A stretch of 64,000 nucleotides of DNA from the NCBI GenBank assembly GCA_963702475.1, contig CAVPCT010000005.1:576001-640000 (forward strand). The letters are read 5' to 3'. Below the pieces are notes generated by a model. That model had not been told where the DNA came from. It saw nothing but the letters and a program-made list of their open reading frames with translations, and did not search any database. Shown here in pieces: positions 56,927 to 64,000 of this stretch; position 1 is the stretch's first letter, and each line of letters begins with the position of its first letter. The position numbers were made by a program, and so were the translations under genes. This DNA is from an uncultured Thermoleophilia bacterium. Lineage in GTDB: Bacteria; Actinomycetota; Thermoleophilia; UBA2241.

Positions 56927-58780
56927 TCACCTCACGACCACGGCGTCCTGCCGGCACACGTCCCTGCACAGACCGCACTTGATGCAGAGCTCCTGGGCGA
57001 TCGTGTGCGGCAGCTTCTTCTCCCCCGTGATGGCCGCCTGCGGGCAGCTCGTGGCGCACAGCGTGCAGCCGTTGCAGCGCTCCTCATCGATGGTGAACGT
57101 GATGAGCGCGGCGCACACCCCCGCCGGGCAGCGACTCTCGTCCACGTGCGCGAGGTACTCGTCGCGGAAGTGCCGCAGGGTCGAGAGCACCGGGTTGACC
57201 GCCGTCGTGCCCAGCGCGCACAGCGACGTCGTCCGGACCGTCTCGGCGAGGTCCTCTATCAGCGAGACGCTCTCGCGCGTCCCCCGCCCCTCGCAGATGT
57301 CCACGAGCAGCCCGTGCAGGCGGATGAGCCCCTCCCTGCACGAGGTGCAGTTGCCGCACGACTCGGAGGCCAGGAAGCGCACGAAGTGACGGGCCACGTC
57401 CACCATGCACGCGTCCTCGTCCATCACCACCATGCCGCCGGACCCCATCATGGAGCCCTCCGCCACGAGCGTGTCGAAGTCGACCGGCACGTCGAGCCGC
57501 TCCACCGGCAGGCAACCCCCCGAAGGACCGCCGGTCTGCACCGCCTTGAACGCCTTGCCGCCGGGGATGCCGCCGCCGATGCCGAACACGATCTCCCGCA
57601 GCGTCGTGCCCATCGGGACCTCGATGAGCCCGGTGTTGTTCACCTTGCCGACCAGCGAGAAGATCTTGGTGCCCGCCGACCCGGCCGTACCGAGGCCGCG
57701 GTACCGGTCGCCGCCGCCCAGGACGATGTGCGGGACGTTGGCCCACGTCTCCACGTTGTTGACGGTGGTGGGCCTGCCCCACAGGCCGCGCTGCGACGGG
57801 TGGACGAGCCGCCGCCGGGGGACGCCGCGGCGGCCCTCCAGCGACGCCATCATGGCGGTCTCCTCGCCGCACACGAACGCCCCGCCGCCACGCTTGATGC
57901 GCACGTCGAACGACAGGCCGCTGCCGAGGATGTCCTCGCCCAGCAGGCCGGACTCGCGCGCCTGCTCGATGGCGACGCCGAGGTGTTCCACGGCGAGCGG
58001 GTACTCCTGCCGCACGTACACGTACCCCTGGCTCGCGCCGATGGCGTAGGCCCCGATGAGCATGCCCTCCAGCACGCTGTGCGGGTTGCCCTCGAGCACG
58101 GAGCGGTCCATGAAGGCGCCGGGGTCGCCCTCGTCGGCGTTGCACACCACGTACCGCAGGTCGCCGGGCGCGTCGCGGCACGACTCCCACTTGCGCCCCG
58201 TGGGGAAGCCGGCGCCGCCACGCCCTCGCAGCCCCGAGCGCTTGACCTCCTCGAGCACCGCCTCGGGGCCTGTCTCGAACGCCCGGACGAGGGCGGCGTA
58301 GGCCCCGAGCGCGATGGCGTCGTCGATGGCGGTGGGGTCGAGGCGGCCGTTGTCGCGCAGGACGAGGCGCCGCTGGCCGGCGTAGAAGGGGATGCCGGCC
58401 TCGGTGCGGTGCCGCTCGCCGCTGACCGGGTCGACGTACAGCAGGCGCTCCACGACGCCGCCGCCGAGCACGGTGGTCGTGACGATCTCGGCGGCGTCCT
58501 TGGGGCGAACGCGCTGGTAGAGGACACCCTCGGGCGAGACCAGCACCAGCGGCCCGCGCTCGCAGAAGCCGTGGCAGCCGGTGGCCCGCAGCGTGACCTC
58601 GCGGCCCGCGCCGCGGGCCGCGAGGTCGGCACGGAGGGCCTCGTGCACCTGCATGGCGCCCTGCGCCCGGCAACCGGTGCCGCCGCACACGGCGACGCCC
58701 GGGCCCGCCGGGACGGCGTCGGCGAGACGACGACGGTGTCGCTCGAGCGCGGCGGCGTCGGCGAAGCGCACCGCCGTCAC
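56927..58780 (-). CDS. HydB/NuoF-like FMN/NADH subunit (BfuB-type)
   Basis: N-terminal CGGTGC..CHGFC; GRGGAGFPTG; NADEGDPGAFMDR; GGPSGG; ESCGNCTSC; C-terminal 2x[4Fe-4S]. Confidence 0.93.
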   Translation of the reverse strand: MTAVRFADAAALERHRRRLADAVPAGPGVAVCGGTGCRAQGAMQVHEALRADLAARGAGREVTLRATGCHGFCERGPLVLVSPEGVLYQRVRPKDAAEIVTTTVLGGGVVERLLYVDPVSGERHRTEAGIPFYAGQRRLVLRDNGRLDPTAIDDAIALGAYAALVRAFETGPEAVLEEVKRSGLRGRGGAGFPTGRKWESCRDAPGDLRYVVCNADEGDPGAFMDRSVLEGNPHSVLEGMLIGAYAIGASQGYVYVRQEYPLAVEHLGVAIEQARESGLLGEDILGSGLSFDVRIKRGGGAFVCGEETAMMASLEGRRGVPRRRLVHPSQRGLWGRPTTVNNVETWANVPHIVLGGGDRYRGLGTAGSAGTKIFSLVGKVNNTGLIEVPMGTTLREIVFGIGGGIPGGKAFKAVQTGGPSGGCLPVERLDVPVDFDTLVAEGSMMGSGGMVVMDEDACMVDVARHFVRFLASESCGNCTSCREGLIRLHGLLVDICEGRGTRESVSLIEDLAETVRTTSLCALGTTAVNPVLSTLRHFRDEYLAHVDESRCPAGVCAALITFTIDEERCNGCTLCATSCPQAAITGEKKLPHTIAQELCIKCGLCRDVCRQDAVVVR

Positions 58781-59430
58781 TCGGCGTCCTCCGCGGCCCC
58801 GCCGAGCACCCGGGCGACGAGGCGCGAGACCTTCTGCGGCGTCGCGTGCCCGTGGTACTCGCCGTCGAGGATGACCAGCGGCCCCAAGGCGCAGGCGCCC
58901 ACGCAGTTGACCTCCTCGACGGTCAGGGACAGGTCGGCCGCCGTGTCGCCGGGGGCGACCCCCGTGTCGCGCTCGAGCTGCTCGAGCAGCCGCACTGCAC
59001 CGCGCACGTGGCAGGCGGTGCCCATGCACACCGTGCACGTGTGCTCGCCGCGCGGCTCCATGTGGAAGCCATGGTAGAAGCTGGCCACGCCGTACACCTG
59101 CGTGCGCGGCAGGCCCAGGTGCTGCGCCGCCTGCCGCAGGGCTGGCTCCGGCAAGTACCGGAACTCGGCCTGGATGTCGTGCAGCACGTCCACCAGGCCG
59201 CCCGGATCGCCGCGCGGGTACGCACGCAGCAGCGCGGCGACTCGGCGCGCGTCCGAGAGTGGCGGCTCCGCCGTCGGACCCGCGTCCGCGGGCGACGCGC
59301 CGGCCGCCCGGTCCGCCCCGTCTGGCGGAAGACCGGCCGGACCCGCGTCACGCGACGGCTCGCCGGCCGGCGCGGCGGGCGGAGGCGGTGCCTGCGCCGC
59401 CCGCCGCGCCGGCCTGTCCCTCTCCGTCAT
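58777..59430 (-). CDS. HydC/NuoE-like 2Fe-2S subunit (BfuA-type)
   Basis: VYGVASFY, CMGTACHVRG, CVGAC.LGP. Confidence 0.92.
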   Translation of the reverse strand: MTERDRPARRAAQAPPPPAAPAGEPSRDAGPAGLPPDGADRAAGASPADAGPTAEPPLSDARRVAALLRAYPRGDPGGLVDVLHDIQAEFRYLPEPALRQAAQHLGLPRTQVYGVASFYHGFHMEPRGEHTCTVCMGTACHVRGAVRLLEQLERDTGVAPGDTAADLSLTVEEVNCVGACALGPLVILDGEYHGHATPQKVSRLVARVLGGAAEDAE

Positions 59431-59434
59431 CGCC

Positions 59435-61303
59435 TCACAGCCTCGCCAGGTCGGCCTCGAGCCCCAGCTCTGCCGCCTTCGCAGGCGTCAGGTCGCCGCG
59501 CTCGTCCCACCCCCTGAAGGCGTAGTACGGCGGCAGCATCTCGCCGAGGTGCACCACGTAGCCCTTGCCGGGCCCGTCGGGGAGCGGCTCCTCGAGCATG
59601 CGCGGCGGCAGGGTGTCCTCGGACGCCGCCACGCCGGCGCGGCGGTTGAACAGCACCTCCAGGTTGAAGATCCGCGCGCCGATGCGCAGCAGGCCCTGGT
59701 GGCCGCCCATGTCCATGCCGGTGGCGGCCTCGATGAGATCGCGCAGCTGGTTCTCGTCCATGCCCAGGTAGAACATGAAGTTGCAGAGGCCGCCGGAGTC
59801 GATCAGCCGGAACCAGTCCTGCAGCTCCGCGACGAGCTCGGGCTGGTCCTCCCAGCTCAGCGGGTCGAGCGGCTGCTCCCAGCCGCGATCCTTCATCAGG
59901 TTCCAGTGCGTCACCGAGTAGATGGAGACGTCCTGCGCCTCGCCGCGGATGTGACAGCCGCCGCGCGGCTCGGTCGCGTACGCCAGGCCCATGCTCTGGA
60001 TGGCGCGCGGGTCGTAGCTCGCGAACTCCTGCTTCTTCGCGCTCATGGAATACTCCGGGTGGCCATAGTGCTCGGCCAGGCGGTAGCTGCCCTCGGCGAG
60101 CAGGTCGCCGAACCCCTCGCGCCTCGCCGTCATCTGCGTGAGCTTCACCATCGCCTCGGCGTCGCCGAACGGAAGCGCGAAGCCGATGTCCTCCCTGGGG
60201 ATGAGCCCGAGCTCGTACAGCTCCATGGCGCAGGCGATGGTGGCGCCCATGGTGATGGTGTCGATGCCCTCGCGGTTGCAGATGAAGTTGGCCTGCGTCA
60301 CCGCCTCCAGGTCGTTGGTGTAGCAGCTCGACCCCAGCATACCGATGGTCTCGTACTCGGGACCGGCGCCCACCGCGTAGTCGCCGCCGCTCGCCTTGGA
60401 GATGCGGCCGCAGGCCACCGGACAGGCGGGACAACCCATGCCCATGCGCTTGCGCACCGACTGCACCTCGGCGAGGCGTTCGCCGGAGATGTCCTCGTGG
60501 AAGTCGTTGGTGCCGAAGCGGAAGTTCTTGGTGGGCAGCCCGCCGTAGGAGTTGACCAACTCGAGCACGCCGGGGGTGCCGTGCTTGTGGAAGTGGTCGA
60601 TGTACGGGTCGGTGAGGGACTCGTAGCTGGCCCGCGTGGTCTCGAGGAAGCGCGCCTTGTCGGCGATCTTCACGCCGCCGGTGCCGCGCACGGCGATGGC
60701 CTTGAGCTTCTTGGAGCCCATCACCGCGCCCACGCCGGAACGGCCGGCGGCGCGGCCCAGGTCGTTGATGACGCACGCGTAGCGCACGAGCCTCTCCCCC
60801 GCCGGCCCGATGCAACTCACCTTGGCGTCGGGGGCGGTGGCGGCGATCACGGCGTGCTCGGTCTCCTCGGTGTCGAGGCCCCACACGCCGGCGGCGTCGC
60901 GGACGCTGACGGCGCCGTCGTCGATGTACACGTACACCGGCTTCTTCGCCGCGCCCTCGACGACGACCATGTCGTAGCCGGCGAACTTGATGGCCTGCGC
61001 GAACTCACCGGCGGCGTTGGAGTTGGCGATGCCGCCGGTGAGCGGCGACTTGGTCACGAGCATGTACCTGTTGCCCGCCGGCCCCCCGGTGCCCGTGAGC
61101 GGGCCGGTGGCGAAGAACAGCTTGTTGGCGGGGTCGAGGGCGTCGATCGCCGGGTCGACCTCGTCGTACAGGTACCTGGCGCCCAGGCCGAGGCCGCCGA
61201 TGTACTGCTCGGCCACGCTGCGCTCGAGGTCCTCGACGGAGGACGTGCCCGCGGTGAGGTCGATCCTGAGGACCTTGCCGGTCCAGCCGGTCCATGCGGT
61301 CAT
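59435..61303 (-). CDS. aor: Tungsten-dependent aldehyde:ferredoxin oxidoreductase, large subunit
   Basis: GKVLRIDL, KSPLTG, GRSGVGAVMGSKKLKAI, CPACPVAC, GPEYET, GIDTI, RGGCH, LCNF, YYAFRGWD. Confidence 0.95.
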   Translation of the reverse strand: MTAWTGWTGKVLRIDLTAGTSSVEDLERSVAEQYIGGLGLGARYLYDEVDPAIDALDPANKLFFATGPLTGTGGPAGNRYMLVTKSPLTGGIANSNAAGEFAQAIKFAGYDMVVVEGAAKKPVYVYIDDGAVSVRDAAGVWGLDTEETEHAVIAATAPDAKVSCIGPAGERLVRYACVINDLGRAAGRSGVGAVMGSKKLKAIAVRGTGGVKIADKARFLETTRASYESLTDPYIDHFHKHGTPGVLELVNSYGGLPTKNFRFGTNDFHEDISGERLAEVQSVRKRMGMGCPACPVACGRISKASGGDYAVGAGPEYETIGMLGSSCYTNDLEAVTQANFICNREGIDTITMGATIACAMELYELGLIPREDIGFALPFGDAEAMVKLTQMTARREGFGDLLAEGSYRLAEHYGHPEYSMSAKKQEFASYDPRAIQSMGLAYATEPRGGCHIRGEAQDVSIYSVTHWNLMKDRGWEQPLDPLSWEDQPELVAELQDWFRLIDSGGLCNFMFYLGMDENQLRDLIEAATGMDMGGHQGLLRIGARIFNLEVLFNRRAGVAASEDTLPPRMLEEPLPDGPGKGYVVHLGEMLPPYYAFRGWDERGDLTPAKAAELGLEADLARL

Positions 61304-61305
61304 CG

Positions 61306-61794
61306 TCACTCCCCCTCCCGGTAGGAGCCGGCCAGCTGCGCCGCGAGCCTGTCGCGCTTCTCGATCTCCGGCTGCTCCACCTCGGCGAAGCGTAGCGCCC
61401 CGCGCGGGCAGAACTGCGCGCACAGGGGGTCGCCGCCGCACAGGTCGCACTTCTCGGCACGGCCCCGCGGCCCGATGTGCATGGCCCCGAACGGGCACGC
61501 CATCACGCACATCCTGCACCCGACGCACTTCTGCTCGTCCACGAGCACCACACGGGCGCCGGTGTCCGCGAGCGTGGTCTTGCTGATGGCGCCGGACGGG
61601 CAGATGCGCTGGCACCAGGCGTCCTCGCACTGCGAGCACACCACCGGCACCGCCAGCTCCTCGTGCAGGAACACCGTGGTGTGGATGCGCGCCTTGCGCG
61701 GGTTGAACTCGTCGTGATGCTGGAAGGAACACATGAACTCGCAGGTGTGACACCCCGTACACCTGCCGATGTCGATGGTGAGGGCCTTGTTCAC
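61306..61794 (-). CDS. 4x[4Fe-4S] polyferredoxin small subunit
   Basis: CTGCHTCEFMC, CSQCEDAWC..ICP, CVGCRMCVMACP, KCDLC..DP.C..FCP. Confidence 0.92.
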   Translation of the reverse strand: MNKALTIDIGRCTGCHTCEFMCSFQHHDEFNPRKARIHTTVFLHEELAVPVVCSQCEDAWCQRICPSGAISKTTLADTGARVVLVDEQKCVGCRMCVMACPFGAMHIGPRGRAEKCDLCGGDPLCAQFCPRGALRFAEVEQPEIEKRDRLAAQLAGSYREGE

Positions 61795-61859
61795 CGGCGG
61801 GGCCTCCTCTCTCGTTTCGCGATCACCGTTGACTCCTCTCACTCACTCTACGTCCCGCG

Positions 61860-62156
61860 CTACCCGCCGTACACGGGCGGGAACACGGAGACCACGTCGC
61901 CGTCCCGAAGAGCCGTGGAGAGCCCGTCCAGGAACAGGATGTTGCGGCCGTTGACCAGCACGGTGAGCCGCTCGCGCAGCTCGCCGGGTCCGGCGAACAA
62001 GGCGCGGCGGCGGCCCTCCGTGTCGCAGAGGCCGCCGAGCAGGCCGGCCACGTCAGTGGCCGGCCTGCTCGGCGGCCTGACCTCCTTGCCGAACACCTGC
62101 GCCAGGTCGGCGAAGAACTTCACCGTCACCGCGGCGGAGGTAGTGTCGTCGGTCAC
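61860..62156 (-). CDS. MoaD/ThiS ubiquitin-like sulfur carrier
   Basis: VKFFA, VLVNG, DGDVVSVFPPVYGG. Confidence 0.88.
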   Translation of the reverse strand: MTDDTTSAAVTVKFFADLAQVFGKEVRPPSRPATDVAGLLGGLCDTEGRRRALFAGPGELRERLTVLVNGRNILFLDGLSTALRDGDVVSVFPPVYGG

Positions 62157-62192
62157 CGCTGCCCTCCCGTCACCGCCGCCCGCCTTTCACGC

Positions 62193-62492
62193 TCAGCCGC
62201 CGTACAGTTGCGGGAAGACCGAGATCACGTCGCCGCCCGCGAGGGAGGCGTCCAGGCCTCCGAGCGCGTCGACGTGGTGACCGTTCACCAGCAGCGTGAG
62301 GTCGCCGCGCAGCGCACCGCGCTCGTCGTGCACGGCGCGCTCGCGCCCGGGCGACGTGCACAGCCCGTCGAGCAGCGCGCGCACGCTGTGCGCGCGCTCC
62401 AGCGGCACCGCCAGCTCGTCGCCGCCGAACGCGTCGCGCATGGTGGCGAAGAAGCTGACGGTGACTTGGTCGCGGCTCGCGCAGCCGCTCAT
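62193..62492 (-). CDS. MoaD/ThiS ubiquitin-like sulfur carrier (second copy)
   Basis: VSFFA, LLVNG, GDVISVFPQLYGG. Confidence 0.85.
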   Translation of the reverse strand: MSGCASRDQVTVSFFATMRDAFGGDELAVPLERAHSVRALLDGLCTSPGRERAVHDERGALRGDLTLLVNGHHVDALGGLDASLAGGDVISVFPQLYGG

Positions 62493-64000
62493 CGCTCCAC
62501 CTGCTCCCCCGGCGCTCCCGGCGCCACGGCGACCGCCGCCTCCGCCTCGTCCGCCGCCCACGGCGCCTTGTTGCCGCCGGGGTTGTCCCTGCCGACCAGC
62601 TTGGGCCACACGTAGCCCAGCGTGGAGGCCTTGGCGATCCCCGCCCGGCGTGCCTGTTCGTCGGCGCACGCCGGCAGGATCCCGAGGACGGCGAGGTCGT
62701 CTGCCACGTCGTCCAGGCCGAAGTCGCGCAGCGTCTCGCCGTACGGGATGCCCGTCGCCCTGTCCCAGCCGCGCAGCCAGTAGTACTCGTCCTTCATGGC
62801 CTCGAGATCCTCGCGGCTCGTGAACGACCTGCCCTTGAACGTGCCCTGGGAGACGAGCTTGTCGAACTCCTTCTCGGGGATGGTGTCGTGCTCGCGGCGC
62901 CGGCCCCACTTGCACTCCAGGGCGCGCTCCAGGGTCCTCAGCTGCAGCGAGGCCCACAGGAGGTCGTCGGCGGTCACCGGCTTGCCGAGCCCGGCCGAGA
63001 TGGCCGCCGACATGTGTCCGGGGGTCGCATCCAGGTACAGCCACTTGAGGTGCTGCTTGCAGGTGCCCGCCATGTCGGCCATGCCGACGGTGCGGCCCAT
63101 GTCGTGCACGATCATGGCCTTGCCGTCGATCGCGTCGAAGTCGGCCGCCCGGGGCTCGCCCGACACGTACCTGGCGGTCTCCGCGTCGAACTCGGCGGCC
63201 TCGTGCCGCTGCTCGTCGGTCCAGCCCGGGTACTCCGCCGACACGCTCATGATGTCGAAGTCCTGCATGTTCAGGTCGGAGATGCAGTCGGACCGCCGAC
63301 CGACTGCGTAGGCCAGCGCCATCGACTTGACGCGCGGATTGATGCCGTACATCGGGTTGTTGTTGACCTGCATGGCGTACTCGTAGGTGCTCACGCCCCC
63401 GCGCGGTCCCGGCGCCGTGTGCGCGTCCAGGTGCTTCGCCGCAGCCAGCAGCCCGTTCGCGAAGACGTCACCAACGCCCTCGCGGTGAATGATCCTCTTC
63501 GTCAGCTCGACCTGCGAGTCCACGTCGCCCCAGGCCAGGGGCACGCCGTCCAGGTTGCCGTCGTCGATGATCCCCATGTCCTTCAGCACCAGGAGCCACT
63601 GCAACGCGTTCGACACCGACGTCTCGTCGATGCCCATCTCCTGGCACAGCTTGACCAGCTTGATGCCGCGCAGCAGGTCCTGACGCAGCTCGCCCGACGA
63701 CTGCGTGTACAGCTCGCACGACATCGAGGCGCTGCCCACGCCCGGCACGAAGTACGTCTCCATGCAGTGCACCGGACAGCCCATGCAGCCGGTGCGCTTG
63801 ATGCCGTACTCCGTCCAGAACTCGTCGAACGCCTGGTCCCGGTGCGGGTCCCAGTCGGCGATCGGGCCCTCGTGGCCGTCGCCGCCGCACTCGATGCCGG
63901 AGCGGCCGTACGACGCCTCGCACCAGCTGGTGCCGACCGTCGAGTACTCGCCGTACATCTCGGAGCCGCGGATGGCTGTATGCGCCTCCAGACAGGCGGT
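62489..64000 (-). CDS. Second, divergent AOR/WOR-family oxidoreductase (5' end outside the window)
   Basis: CMGCPVHC, MGIDE, REGVGDVFANG, DMAGTC, DTIP, EYYWLRGWD; frame open to the window edge. Confidence 0.88.
   Translation of the reverse strand, partial: TACLEAHTAIRGSEMYGEYSTVGTSWCEASYGRSGIECGGDGHEGPIADWDPHRDQAFDEFWTEYGIKRTGCMGCPVHCMETYFVPGVGSASMSCELYTQSSGELRQDLLRGIKLVKLCQEMGIDETSVSNALQWLLVLKDMGIIDDGNLDGVPLAWGDVDSQVELTKRIIHREGVGDVFANGLLAAAKHLDAHTAPGPRGGVSTYEYAMQVNNNPMYGINPRVKSMALAYAVGRRSDCISDLNMQDFDIMSVSAEYPGWTDEQRHEAAEFDAETARYVSGEPRAADFDAIDGKAMIVHDMGRTVGMADMAGTCKQHLKWLYLDATPGHMSAAISAGLGKPVTADDLLWASLQLRTLERALECKWGRRREHDTIPEKEFDKLVSQGTFKGRSFTSREDLEAMKDEYYWLRGWDRATGIPYGETLRDFGLDDVADDLAVLGILPACADEQARRAGIAKASTLGYVWPKLVGRDNPGGNKAPWAADEAEAAVAVAPGAPGEQVER

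Noticed and set aside
56149-59430. nuoEFG of respiratory complex I, or an [FeFe]-hydrogenase
   Set aside because: No other nuo genes and no H-cluster or molybdopterin domain; the genes are embedded in the AOR operon.

Overview
Very GC-rich bacterial DNA. Gene content, codon usage and a fragment of a secreted-protein C-terminal module suggest an anaerobic actinobacterium, probably Thermoleophilia-like (inference). Bases 1-40 kb are mostly core genes: MFS/DMT transporters, an SPFH + RHH operon, an OmpR/histidine kinase pair, DUF438/PAS, SSADH, tandem methyltransferases, an S55 peptidase, an asp23 operon, nrdR-nrdJ (nrdJ carries a 366-aa LAGLIDADG intein), ppm1 and sdhCDAB. About 40.3-53.4 kb is a partly lower-GC, frameshift-rich accessory or defence island. 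It holds a translationally coupled operon (large Zn-ribbon/TPR protein, HPD-less J-domain protein, GrpE-like protein, divergent Hsp70), a truncated SNF2 helicase, a PIN-GNAT-ASCH / ASCH / HhH module, a HicAB-like TA pair, a lipoprotein, mazEF and a broken P-II gene. Bases 53.5-64 kb encode a probable electron-bifurcating tungsten aldehyde oxidoreductase cluster with an ALDH. The best candidate for an undescribed system is the dedicated Hsp70/J-like/GrpE-like/TPR cassette. Two ncRNA candidates lie at 1-170 and 21.4-21.55 kb. Many frameshifts are probably long-read indel errors. No rRNA, tRNA or CRISPR array was seen. All calls come from reading motifs by eye; no database search was run.
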